From: a virus
Lineage: Duplodnaviria > Caudoviricetes
Virus record (IMG/VR): IMGVR_UViG_3300033516_000059
Span: 1 to 32,105 of that record
Strand: one strand, 5' to 3'
DNA: 32,105 bases
The position numbers and the translations under genes are program-made. Each line of letters begins with the position of its first letter. Position 1 is the first letter of the stretch. Below are positions 8,657 to 17,573 of the stretch, in pieces. The notes beneath the pieces are model-generated. The model had not been told where the DNA came from. It searched no databases and saw nothing but the letters and a program-made list of their open reading frames with translations.

Positions 8657-9507
8657 TATTTGTACTTTGGATGGGCGTCCATCCATACCTTCAAGTCTTT
8701 TAGCATGTTTTCAAATGACTTGACAGTAAAATCAAAGTCGGCTCTTGTGTTTATAACTGACTTATCACATCCGTTTGGTGCAAATGTCTCTTCAATCTCA
8801 GTAGACTTGTTAAAGACCTTTGCAATCAGCTTTAGAAGAGTGTATTTTGAAAGTTTATCATTGTTGGTCAGATGATAAAGACCAGTGAGATTCTGGTCGA
8901 TAGCAGAATCGATTGCCCTGGCTAATTCTAATGTTGTGACGCCATTCCATATCAAGTTAACGAAACCATTTACTTTTTTGTCTTGTGTCATAAACCAGTG
9001 GAACAAACCAGTTCCGTTATACAACTCTGGTCCAATAATTGACATTCTAAAAGTCAAATCCTTACTGTTGTTTATTTCACCAAGAGCCTTACTGCGTCCA
9101 TAGAAATTTGTCTCGGTAGGAAGATCGGTTTCTTTGTAACTTTTCCCCTGAAGCCCGTTGAAAATACAATCTGTACTCAGATGAATAACCTTAGTCTTAC
9201 GAGTAGAATAAATCTTCTCAAGGAACTTTGGAAAGAAACTATTGATCATTATTGCTTTCGGATTGTCCTCGTTAGAATTCTTAACAAGCAGCCCTACGCA
9301 ATTTATAACGACATCGGCTTCCGAGTCTAAATTATGGGCAAACGCATTCAACTGAATAAAATCTTGAACGTTTATAATAAGACTCTTGTCATTCAGCTTG
9401 TTCTTATTACACACAGTGACGATATCATACTTACCAGTTTCCTGTAAGTAGTCGTACACAATATGACCAGCCATTCCTGATGCGCCGAAGATGATTACTT
9501 TTTTCAT
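8653..9507 (-). CDS. RmlD-like NDP-4-keto-6-deoxy-sugar reductase (QnlA/WbvR-type)
   Basis: SDR motifs GASGMAG, INCVG, STDCIFNG, YGRSKALGE. Confidence 0.85.
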   Translation of the reverse strand: MKKVIIFGASGMAGHIVYDYLQETGKYDIVTVCNKNKLNDKSLIINVQDFIQLNAFAHNLDSEADVVINCVGLLVKNSNEDNPKAIMINSFFPKFLEKIYSTRKTKVIHLSTDCIFNGLQGKSYKETDLPTETNFYGRSKALGEINNSKDLTFRMSIIGPELYNGTGLFHWFMTQDKKVNGFVNLIWNGVTTLELARAIDSAIDQNLTGLYHLTNNDKLSKYTLLKLIAKVFNKSTEIEETFAPNGCDKSVINTRADFDFTVKSFENMLKDLKVWMDAHPKYKY

Positions 9508-10370
9508 AATATTCCTTCTCTATTATACATGTAGATGTCGCGTTGTCCGTGGTACTTTAACCCATTGATATTAAACCACTCATTAAGTTCCTTTTCGTAG
9601 AACTTATAAACGCCCGGACCTCCCATTGGACAGTCTGAATGTGGTACATGTGATGGTTTGATATATTGATTGAATTTCTTGGCAGAAATTGACACATACC
9701 CCTGTAAAGAAACGATACGGTGGAAGTCTACTTCAAACATGTATATACTGTAATCCCCAAATGGGAACTTATCAAAGAATGTTTCTGAGCAATTCTTCAA
9801 GAAGTTTTCGACAATTGGATATTTGATAACGTACATGGTTCCCATAGGAAACCACTCAACCGGGGTGAAGTTAAACTTCATATACTTTTGAATATGATTT
9901 CCATTTATCGAATGTACTTTTGGTACGACATAGTTACATACGGATGATGTGAAGTTTGATGACCCTACAATATCATTTTGGTAGTATTTCCAATATGATT
10001 CTCGTTCGTGGAGAAGGAAATTATAGTGGGCACGTCTAACATCATGCCTGCCGCTTTTAGTACCCTGTGTATGAAAGAACCAGACATTCTTATATTTGCT
10101 GTCTAAATTTTCTCTGAAAAGTTTCAATCCAGATTGGTAAGCAGAAGCATCCGACATAACTGCCTTTTCTGGAGGCGTGTCGATGAACTTCGCACCATAC
10201 TGTGTGAGAAGAGCTTTCCATTCAGTAGAAGCTCCACATGGATTAATACCAGCGAAAATATCAGCGTCGGGTAGGTAATGCCTGATGATATCTAATACTT
10301 CTTTACCTATCCATAATTTATCTACGGAAGGTATATGTGATGCTAGTATTACAGCATCTTCCGTCATCAT
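9504..10370 (-). CDS. Hypothetical protein, possibly a glycan transferase
   Basis: 288-aa ORF coupled by ATGA overlaps on both sides within the glycan operon; WFFHTQG resembles the HTKG motif of some putative glycosyltransferases (weak). Confidence 0.6.
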   Translation of the reverse strand: MMTEDAVILASHIPSVDKLWIGKEVLDIIRHYLPDADIFAGINPCGASTEWKALLTQYGAKFIDTPPEKAVMSDASAYQSGLKLFRENLDSKYKNVWFFHTQGTKSGRHDVRRAHYNFLLHERESYWKYYQNDIVGSSNFTSSVCNYVVPKVHSINGNHIQKYMKFNFTPVEWFPMGTMYVIKYPIVENFLKNCSETFFDKFPFGDYSIYMFEVDFHRIVSLQGYVSISAKKFNQYIKPSHVPHSDCPMGGPGVYKFYEKELNEWFNINGLKYHGQRDIYMYNREGIL

Positions 10371-11365
10371 ATAAATCCACCATTCTTTAACATGATCTTG
10401 ATTTCTTCCTTGCTCATGATTTTCGTTCTTGATGAGAACTCAACGAAGTCTACCTTCGGGAACTTGCTCTTGATATCGACGTAGTGTTGCTCGCTGTCAT
10501 TAATGGCAAGTGTTGGAAGTATGACGAAATACGAAGAGTCAAATACGTATGCGTTAACCGCTTCGTGCTTCGATACAAGTACCTCGTCAAGCTTCTCGCC
10601 TGGGCGCATACCAATCTCAATAATAGGAACTGTCACGCCAGCATCTTCAATAAGTACCTCTGCAAGCTCCTTGATGTAGCATGCTGGCATGTTCATTACA
10701 AAGGTTTCGCCACCAGCAGAGAACTCCGCAGCCTTAAATAGTAAATTAATAGCTTCATCAAGGGTCAAGAAGTATCGTGTCATTTGGAAATCTGTAATTT
10801 TCACGGTTCCACTCTTTATTTGATCTTTAAAGAATGGGATAACACTTCCATTACTTCCCATAACATTTCCACCACGAATACATACAAACCTAGTATGGTC
10901 TGAAATATTATTTGCTTGTATAATGAGCTTCTCGCCGGTCGCCTTTGTCATTCCATACAGGTTCAGTGGTTCTACAGCTTTATCAGTAGATACATCTATT
11001 ACTTTCTTGACTTTATTCTGAATAGCGGCATTGATTATATTAATGGTTCCTTGAATATTGGTCTTTACTGCTTCCTGTGGGTGATCTTCACATACGGGTA
11101 CGTGTTTAAGAGCAGCAAGATGGAAAATGTAATCAACCCCAACACATGCACTTTTTATAGTTTCAAAATCTCTAATGTCACCGATAACATATTTTATTTT
11201 TTTAGCATATTTTTCAAACTTGCGAGCCATGAGAACTTGTTGGAGTTCTCCTCGTGAGTAGATGATAACCTCTTTCGGATTATAAGATTCAAAAAGGTGT
11301 GTCGTAAGAGTCTGTCCCCACGATCCAGTTCCACCAGTGATTAAAACGCGAGCGTTATTAAACAT
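10367..11365 (-). CDS. UDP-GlcNAc 4,6-dehydratase (FnlA/CapE/PseB family)
   Basis: TGGTGSWG, HLAALKHVP, STDKAVEP, YGMTK, GNVMGSNGSVIP, RPGEKLDE. Confidence 0.9.
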   Translation of the reverse strand: MFNNARVLITGGTGSWGQTLTTHLFESYNPKEVIIYSRGELQQVLMARKFEKYAKKIKYVIGDIRDFETIKSACVGVDYIFHLAALKHVPVCEDHPQEAVKTNIQGTINIINAAIQNKVKKVIDVSTDKAVEPLNLYGMTKATGEKLIIQANNISDHTRFVCIRGGNVMGSNGSVIPFFKDQIKSGTVKITDFQMTRYFLTLDEAINLLFKAAEFSAGGETFVMNMPACYIKELAEVLIEDAGVTVPIIEIGMRPGEKLDEVLVSKHEAVNAYVFDSSYFVILPTLAINDSEQHYVDIKSKFPKVDFVEFSSRTKIMSKEEIKIMLKNGGFI

Positions 11366-12450
11366 TAATTTTCTCCTAAGATATATTGTATCACATTATC
11401 TGCCACACTTTCATCACAATATCCTGTAGGACGTGCCCACAAAGACTTGCGCCTACGCATGATGTTGTAGCATGATAATATGTTTGCCGAGTCGAGTCCA
11501 GAAACTATATTAGATCCACATTTGACTGTTTCGGGGCGTTCGGTAGTCTCTCTGATAGTTACGGCAGGAACATGGAAGATGCAGGCTTCTTCTTGACACG
11601 TTCCACTATCCGTTATCACCATACTAGCGTTCTTCTCAAGCTTAATGAAATCAAAGAATCCAAACGGGTCACAGATATCAATTGCTGGGTGTGAAGTATC
11701 AATATCAAATCTCTGCAACATGTTCAGTGTGCGTGGGTGGCAACTAAAAATTACAGGAGAAACATCAGCTATCATTTTAAGCGCATGGAAAATGTTAGCT
11801 AGTCTGGATGGGTTATCTACGTTTTCGGCTCGGTGTGAAGTAACTAACGTGTAGCCGCGTCTAGTCAACTTTTTAGTTTCTAAAATTGTGCTAAGTTCGA
11901 CTGTATCTTTGTAATATTCCAAAACTTCATATATTGGGTTACCGCATTCGAAAATCTTGGTAGCGGGAAGTCCTTCATTAAGTAGGTTCTCTCGGCTTCC
12001 TGGTGTGTATGGTAAGTTGTACGAAGAAATATGATCAATAACCTTACGGTTCTTCTCTTCTGGAACCTTGAGGTCATAACAACGGTTGCCTGCCTCCATA
12101 TGAAATACAGGAACTCCCATCTTCTCACATATGACTGCCATAAGACCCGAGTTAGTGTCTCCAAGTATCAAAACAGCATCAGGAAGGAACTCTTTAATTA
12201 CCTTTTCAACTCCTTCCATCATAACACCAAGCTGCTTTGCTAGCGACACACCCTTTACGTCAAGGATAATGTCTGGTGTTCTAAGACCCATATCCTTGAA
12301 GAAAATATCGTTCAACTTTGGATCATAATTCTGACCAGTATGAAGTACCTTATGGTTACATAGGTCATCAAGCTTCTTCATTATGAGCGAGAGTCTGATG
12401 ATTTCTGGTCTTGTACCGAGTATGGTTAGGATTTTCTTATTACTGATCAT
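11365..12450 (-). CDS. Non-hydrolysing UDP-HexNAc 2-epimerase (FnlC/QnlB/WbjD type)
   Basis: GTRPEIIR, HTGQNYD, GDTNS, HMEAGNRC, PEEKNR, TDSGT, TERPE. Confidence 0.9.
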   Translation of the reverse strand: MISNKKILTILGTRPEIIRLSLIMKKLDDLCNHKVLHTGQNYDPKLNDIFFKDMGLRTPDIILDVKGVSLAKQLGVMMEGVEKVIKEFLPDAVLILGDTNSGLMAVICEKMGVPVFHMEAGNRCYDLKVPEEKNRKVIDHISSYNLPYTPGSRENLLNEGLPATKIFECGNPIYEVLEYYKDTVELSTILETKKLTRRGYTLVTSHRAENVDNPSRLANIFHALKMIADVSPVIFSCHPRTLNMLQRFDIDTSHPAIDICDPFGFFDFIKLEKNASMVITDSGTCQEEACIFHVPAVTIRETTERPETVKCGSNIVSGLDSANILSCYNIMRRRKSLWARPTGYCDESVADNVIQYILGEN

Positions 12451-13199
12451 TTGTTGGTTTCTATGATGTTTGTTTTTAAAGTGTAGTCATGGAATAAAGC
12501 TTTGTTATCCTGCTTTATTTTTGACGTATCGATCTTACTGCCGTAGTGGAATTGATGGACCACATATGGAGACTTGATAAAGGAAATACCAAGACCCATT
12601 CTCTGAATTCTAACCAGAATCTCGTTATCATCCCAACCATGACCGTTGGCATACTTCTGATCAAATCCGCCAAGTCTATCAAGGTTCTTTCGTGTTATGC
12701 ATGATGTGAAATGGTAGCCGACTGGACGATATTCAGGATGATTGTACCATCCACTATCACCATCTGAAGAAACCGATTTATTTTGTATTACAAACTTATT
12801 GTTTTTCTGCAACTCTTCTGTTTCTGTTTTGTTAAGTGAATAGCACGCGAATGTTAAGTAGTTTTTATTGTTAACGTATTGTACGCATGCGCTAAGAACA
12901 TCACCAACATGACAACATTCTGGATTTTGGATAACAATTATATCGCCTTTAGCTTCTTTGAATCCAATGTTAAATGGGACACATGGATTGGCATAATTCT
13001 TTTCAACAACTTTGTCAGCCATCCTAATTATTTTTATAAATGGGTAGTCTTTTTGTAATATAAGTAACTTATCGTAATCATCGCTGAAATCATCTACGAC
13101 AATCATTTCAAAGTCTTTTACGACGGTTTGATGCATGCACCGCAAAGTGTATGCTAACTGAGAAACTCTATTATGGTATGCCGTGACTATTGATATCAT
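12447..13199 (-). CDS. Glycosyltransferase, GT2/GT7-like
   Basis: ISIVTAYHNR, IVVDDFS, NIGFKEAKGD, GGFDQKYANGHGWDDNE, HQFH. Confidence 0.85.
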   Translation of the reverse strand: MISIVTAYHNRVSQLAYTLRCMHQTVVKDFEMIVVDDFSDDYDKLLILQKDYPFIKIIRMADKVVEKNYANPCVPFNIGFKEAKGDIIVIQNPECCHVGDVLSACVQYVNNKNYLTFACYSLNKTETEELQKNNKFVIQNKSVSSDGDSGWYNHPEYRPVGYHFTSCITRKNLDRLGGFDQKYANGHGWDDNEILVRIQRMGLGISFIKSPYVVHQFHYGSKIDTSKIKQDNKALFHDYTLKTNIIETNK

Positions 13200-13278
13200 A
13201 TGTATAATTATTATACTTCATCTATATAATATACAACAGTCAAAAGTATTCGGTATTCTCATATTAATGTTTATCATT

Positions 13279-14022
13279 TTAATCTTCCTTTTCGCCTTCT
13301 TTAAAATGATAAACAATTGAGTCCATTGCGGTGAAATGATTTACGCCTATATCTTTAAGTTTATCGTAAAATTTCTCGTCTCCATATCTGATTATATGAG
13401 CAAAAGATGACCCTGCTATATTTCCTTCTGGGTAGTATCCAGCCTTTTCTACTAAATCTTTATAAATCATACATGGCATATAACCGCCACCAGCGACAAT
13501 TCCGTTAGCTGATATCATTTTTGCGAAAGCAAGGAACATGCCTTCATTAAAATTTCTCGGGTGATTACCAAACTCACCCCTTTTAGCTTTTGGGAAAACT
13601 CCGAATCTTGGATGCATGCGCTCGACAAGTTGCGAACATACTATTTTTGTTCTATCCAATTTATTCAACATATTCTCAAGCCAATTCGGAGAGAACATGT
13701 TGTCGCTATTTATTAACACAACAATATCTCCTGTACATGCCTTTATTCCTGCATTATATCCTTTATAAACTCTACTAATATATTCGGGAGTACCGTAACC
13801 CGATGCAAATAATTCACTATCTGTTAACACTTTATTATTATTGATAATATACTTATATTTGTTGTTTTTTAGAAATTCAATGACCTGTGGTGTTGCGTCA
13901 TTAGCGACAAACAATAATTCAGCAGAACCATTTGATATCATGGGGGTGTATTTCATTACCGAGTCATATACCGCCTGGGCAAATGCAGTAGATTTGTATA
14001 TTAGACAAATAATGCTAATCAT
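13279..14022 (-). CDS. Glycosyltransferase, GT2-like
   Basis: FVANDA, YNAGIKACTGDIVVLINSDNMF, GDE and VYH motifs. Confidence 0.8.
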   Translation of the reverse strand: MISIICLIYKSTAFAQAVYDSVMKYTPMISNGSAELLFVANDATPQVIEFLKNNKYKYIINNNKVLTDSELFASGYGTPEYISRVYKGYNAGIKACTGDIVVLINSDNMFSPNWLENMLNKLDRTKIVCSQLVERMHPRFGVFPKAKRGEFGNHPRNFNEGMFLAFAKMISANGIVAGGGYMPCMIYKDLVEKAGYYPEGNIAGSSFAHIIRYGDEKFYDKLKDIGVNHFTAMDSIVYHFKEGEKED

Positions 14023-14540
14023 TATAATCCTTTATATGATAGAACTCTTCTATCATTTTTTCTTTTCATAATAGTTAATCCCATCACATCGATTGGTAGG
14101 GTTATAGATTCATATTCAGGAAGATCCCTTATTACTTCTACTATTCTATATGCGCTGCCGCACCATGTGTTGCCGATTTCGTCAATTAATTCTTTACTAT
14201 TTGGGTCTGTATCATGTAATAGTATTATTCCATTTTTATTAAGAACTTTGATGGAATTGTAAAGGTCTTTTTTCACTTGTTCAATTTGATGTGATGCATC
14301 TATAAAAATATAATCAAATGATTTTAAGTTTGTCTTAAAAAAATCATCAGTTGTACACGTATGAAAAATACATCTATTTTTATTTTTTCTGTTATCAACC
14401 ACATCAACGCCAACACAATTATTTGATATTTGTGATATGAGGTCCATTAACTCACCCACATGTACTCCCAATTCAAGATATGAGAACCCTTGATGTGAAG
14501 TAGATTTAATAAAATCAAATATAAAGTTCTTATATGACAT
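14022..14540 (-). CDS. Class I SAM-dependent methyltransferase (Methyltransf_24-like)
   Basis: YLELGVHVG, GVD, FDYIFIDASH, GIILLHD. Confidence 0.85.
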   Translation of the reverse strand: MSYKNFIFDFIKSTSHQGFSYLELGVHVGELMDLISQISNNCVGVDVVDNRKNKNRCIFHTCTTDDFFKTNLKSFDYIFIDASHQIEQVKKDLYNSIKVLNKNGIILLHDTDPNSKELIDEIGNTWCGSAYRIVEVIRDLPEYESITLPIDVMGLTIMKRKNDRRVLSYKGL

Positions 14541-15384
14541 GCTGTGCGTTATTCTTTTTAATTATACTGTCAATGTACGATAACCAAGTTTTCTTTGCTG
14601 TTTCTCTATCCCATCCTAATTCAATAACTTGATCGCGGGGGTTTTCCGAAGGAGTAAAATCCTTTTGGATATTGTCAAGGATGATAAAATTCAGATTTGA
14701 AGCCAGTGCTTCCCATTCCATCATGTAGAACGGTCGCAACCTGCTTGTTGATAAGAAAAAGTCTGCACAATTAAAAAGTTCATTCATCTGCTCTTGTGGT
14801 ACTTGTATGTAATTAAAGCATCCTGCGACTTCGGATGCTTCCTGTTTCCATTTCCACAAAATTATCCATACTATATCTGGATTATCCTGTTTATATTTCA
14901 AAAACTTGTCATGACCTTTCATTGTGTGGGTAGTGCCACCCCATACCCCAACTCTCTTATCTAATGGAATCCCGTACTTCTTTCGCAGGGCATCTTTAGA
15001 GTTTAATGGTTTAAATAAATTGGTATTTACGCCTATAGGTAAAACATTCAGTTTACTACACATATGCTCATAGTAAGGTATCATTATCTTACTTGATAGT
15101 ACATGGTGTTCGGCAGATTTAATTGCAGAGTTGATTGTTGTCATTCTAAAGTCCCATGTGTTACTTTTCAACATCTCTTTCATCTCTGGATATAGTTCCC
15201 ACAATAAGCATATAGTATGTTTTGGGTTCGTGTGTCCGTTGGCGGTGGAATACCGCAAAACAACATCATTATTAGTTGTTGTTTCGCCTCTATAGAATTT
15301 TGAGTCGGGTATTTCCCGTTTAAACCATGTCCAAAATGTATCTTCACCCAATCCACTTGCTACTTCTGGTGCCAAATAAATCAT
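14530..15384 (-). CDS. Glycosyltransferase, GT-B fold (GT4-like)
   Basis: PIGVNTNLFKP, KGHD, ELFNCADFFLSTS...EWEALAS. Confidence 0.8.
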   Translation of the reverse strand: MIYLAPEVASGLGEDTFWTWFKREIPDSKFYRGETTTNNDVVLRYSTANGHTNPKHTICLLWELYPEMKEMLKSNTWDFRMTTINSAIKSAEHHVLSSKIMIPYYEHMCSKLNVLPIGVNTNLFKPLNSKDALRKKYGIPLDKRVGVWGGTTHTMKGHDKFLKYKQDNPDIVWIILWKWKQEASEVAGCFNYIQVPQEQMNELFNCADFFLSTSRLRPFYMMEWEALASNLNFIILDNIQKDFTPSENPRDQVIELGWDRETAKKTWLSYIDSIIKKNNAQHVI

Positions 15385-15425
15385 ATTATTATATCCTTTT
15401 TATTATTATATCATATTATTATATC
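15384..15425. repeat. Three copies of the 12-mer TATTATTATATC
   Basis: Copies at 15384-15395, 15401-15412 and 15414-15425; each contains TATAAT on the minus strand. Confidence 0.8.
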
Positions 15426-16480
15426 ATATTTTTAAGTTGTACTCTCAACTTCGACAGACCAGCCTTGCCTTCATACATGTTTTCATTGACATATGACATC
15501 GGTATATACATCTTATCTTTAAAAGTGAACTTGATAAGATCGTTTGCGTCTTTCTTATCAATCTGGTCACGGGGAATGATAAAGCACTTCTCACCCATCA
15601 TCAACAAGCGGTTCGTTAGATCCCTTCCAGCCTCGTCTATCCAATAATTATCGACACACCAGACTCGGTTAGGGAACTCGGCAATAACATTGTTAACGAA
15701 GAAATCACTGATGGTAGCGCCACATGTAGAAACGCTGTTCTCAAACGCACAAGCGTCAAGAGTTCCTTCACAGATCATAACTGGCTGATCCTTCATGACC
15801 CGCCATGTTCCCCAAATTGGTTTGTTTTCAAGTTCAATATTGTATTGTTCGTCTTTTATAAACAGATACTTCTGTTGCTTAGTCTGTCCCTTGCGAGGTA
15901 ACACCAATCGACCTTGAAGGTGAATGATGTTTGTTTTACTGCGGTCATAGAATGGGATACCTACGTATCCAGCGAGAGGTCCAGAATAGATACAGTAGAA
16001 GTCTCTAAAAATTGTCTCTGGTATGCGGCGGTCAAACAGATACTTCAAACAATACGCACGATATTTTTCGTGGCGAGAATTTGTTTGCTCTTCCATGATA
16101 TTGAATGAGACTTGTGGAAGGTAGCCAGTGAGCTTCCTATTGACTTCATCATCTGAAAGGTTCTTGATGATTTCCTGTCGGTATTCCTGCCGCTTAAACG
16201 CTGATCCATCGCTCATGGCTTTCAGAACATATGGGCGAAGCTGGCGGTATTCTTCTGGAAAGTTGCCTTTCAAGAATACTTCAAGCTTATGTGAGTAACC
16301 GCAGTTGTGGCAATATACAAGGTAATGATCAGAATATTCCTTGATATACATACGCTTTTTGTAATCGTTACATAGCGGACAACAGCCACGATGTAAAAAC
16401 AAATGGCTTGTTTTGACAACTTCACACGCTTTCGCGGTCTTATAAAAGATTTCCCGCACAACGTGTTGTGGAAGCTTCAT
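15419..16480 (-). CDS. gp61: DNA primase, T4 gp61-like
   Basis: Zn finger CPLCND...CHNCG, YLFDRRI, IPFYD, LQGR, TOPRIM motifs ICEGTLDA and VDN, KDAND. Confidence 0.9.
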   Translation of the reverse strand: MKLPQHVVREIFYKTAKACEVVKTSHLFLHRGCCPLCNDYKKRMYIKEYSDHYLVYCHNCGYSHKLEVFLKGNFPEEYRQLRPYVLKAMSDGSAFKRQEYRQEIIKNLSDDEVNRKLTGYLPQVSFNIMEEQTNSRHEKYRAYCLKYLFDRRIPETIFRDFYCIYSGPLAGYVGIPFYDRSKTNIIHLQGRLVLPRKGQTKQQKYLFIKDEQYNIELENKPIWGTWRVMKDQPVMICEGTLDACAFENSVSTCGATISDFFVNNVIAEFPNRVWCVDNYWIDEAGRDLTNRLLMMGEKCFIIPRDQIDKKDANDLIKFTFKDKMYIPMSYVNENMYEGKAGLSKLRVQLKNMI

Positions 16481-16486
16481 AGCTCT

Positions 16487-16514
16487 ATCTTAACACACAT
16501 TACTGTTTTGACAA
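16487..16514 (-). promoter_or_regulatory. sigma70-like promoter TTGTCA-N16-TAAGAT (primase, probably leaderless)
   Basis: -10 ends 6 nt before the ATG at 16480; no SD sequence. Confidence 0.55.
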
Positions 16515-16524
16515 GGTACTAACA

Positions 16525-16794
16525 TTAGTTATGTAACGTCTTGCCACGCTTCTTAGTTTGACGGAACTTCTGACTCTTGAGGTTATTCACCCGGCGTTCA
16601 TATTCTTTGACCAACGCTCCAAGGCGCTGAATTTCATTCTTTTGTGTTCTATTTTTTTCCTCAAGATTTGCAATGAACTGCATAATGAGAGGAATAGAGT
16701 CACATACATCGTCAACAGGACAATCGTCACCTTCCATAGCAGCATCTTGAATGATGCGAACACGGTTATTTGTGTAGCTGATGTCGTAGATCAT
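16525..16794 (-). CDS. Hypothetical coiled-coil protein
   Basis: 89 aa, AAGGA RBS, ATGA overlap with the upstream gene. Confidence 0.65.
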   Translation of the reverse strand: MIYDISYTNNRVRIIQDAAMEGDDCPVDDVCDSIPLIMQFIANLEEKNRTQKNEIQRLGALVKEYERRVNNLKSQKFRQTKKRGKTLHN

Positions 16795-17171
16795 TTCATT
16801 TTCCTTGTTTCGATGTACGCTCTCGCGTCTTGTGGAGTTATGCCAACATTCTTAGATAGTTGTCCAACGAACCTTCCGATAGCCTGATCCTTACCGCTTG
16901 TGTATTCCTTCCAGGCTTTTTCGTTGGCTGCGATCAGCTTATCAAGAGCCGGTCCAAGGGCGCTTGTATCGACTTCCTTGATAAGCAAGTCTCTGTAGTA
17001 AAAGAACTTGCGAACATAATCGTCACCGTCTTTGACGCGAAGAATGCAACTGATCAATCCAAACATATCAGCGAAGTCCTCTTTGCGTTCCTTTTCAGTG
17101 AATGCAGAGAAGAACTGTACGATTTCCTCGTCAGTTGCTTCGTTGAAATATGCTTGAAATGAATTTAGCAT
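16791..17171 (-). CDS. Protein with a C-terminal GatB/YqeY-like helical domain
   Basis: LDKLIAANEKAWKEYTSGKDQAIGRFVGQLSK matches the pattern of the GatB C-terminal tail. Confidence 0.65.
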   Translation of the reverse strand: MLNSFQAYFNEATDEEIVQFFSAFTEKERKEDFADMFGLISCILRVKDGDDYVRKFFYYRDLLIKEVDTSALGPALDKLIAANEKAWKEYTSGKDQAIGRFVGQLSKNVGITPQDARAYIETRKMK

Positions 17172-17344
17172 TAGAATGGTGGCTCGTCGCCAGTGGCTTC
17201 TTTTTCGTTAATGTGTTCAACGAGATTCTTCGCCAGTTCATTAAGCTCCTTGATAGTTAATGAATCAAAGGATCTTTCAAGACCCAATCGTTCAAACTCA
17301 TCAAGAAGTATGCGTGACACGTAGTGGCGGGTGTGTGGGTTCAT
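17171..17344 (-). CDS. 57-aa protein ending in DEPPF (not in the ORF track)
   Basis: MNPHTRHYVSRILLDEFERLGLERSFDSLTIKELNELAKNLVEHINEKEATGDEPPF*; TAATG coupling to the next gene and a promoter directly upstream. Confidence 0.7.
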   Translation of the reverse strand: MNPHTRHYVSRILLDEFERLGLERSFDSLTIKELNELAKNLVEHINEKEATGDEPPF

Positions 17345-17351
17345 TATATTA

Positions 17352-17379
17352 ATTGTAAAAGATTTTTCCTAGAAGTCAA
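17352..17379 (-). promoter_or_regulatory. sigma70-like promoter TTGACT-N16-TACAAT
   Basis: -10 ends 7 nt before the ATG at 17344. Confidence 0.6.
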
Positions 17380-17387
17380 TAGAGGCT

Positions 17388-17395
17388 TATAAATA
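17388..17395 (+). promoter_or_regulatory. T4-type late promoter TATAAATA
   Basis: Exact match upstream of an AGGAG RBS and the ATG at 17418. Confidence 0.7.
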
Positions 17396-17417
17396 TTGTG
17401 TATCTAGGAGATACACA

Positions 17418-17573
17418 ATGTCTAAAGAAAAACAGGTCCATATCCGCATAACCGATGAAGAAAAGGAGAAGATGGTTTTAAAAGCAAATGACTTGGGATT
17501 TAAACAATTGAGTGAGTACCTTCGATTTGTTGGCTTAAATGCCAATGTAAAAGTTAATGTGAAGGAGAAGTAA
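17418..17573 (+). CDS. Ribbon-helix-helix DNA-binding protein, 51 aa (not in the ORF track)
   Basis: MSKEKQVHIRITDEEKEKMVLKANDLGFKQLSEYLRFVGLN...; beta-strand VHIRI, helix, then G-x-x-x-LSEYLR helix; AGGAG RBS. Confidence 0.75.
   Translation: MSKEKQVHIRITDEEKEKMVLKANDLGFKQLSEYLRFVGLNANVKVNVKEK

Noticed and set aside
6478-15384. Bacterial chromosomal O-antigen or capsule locus
   Set aside because: It is flanked by T4-like genes and late promoters, and no wzx, wzy, wzz or initiating transferase is seen. A chimeric assembly cannot be fully excluded without reads.
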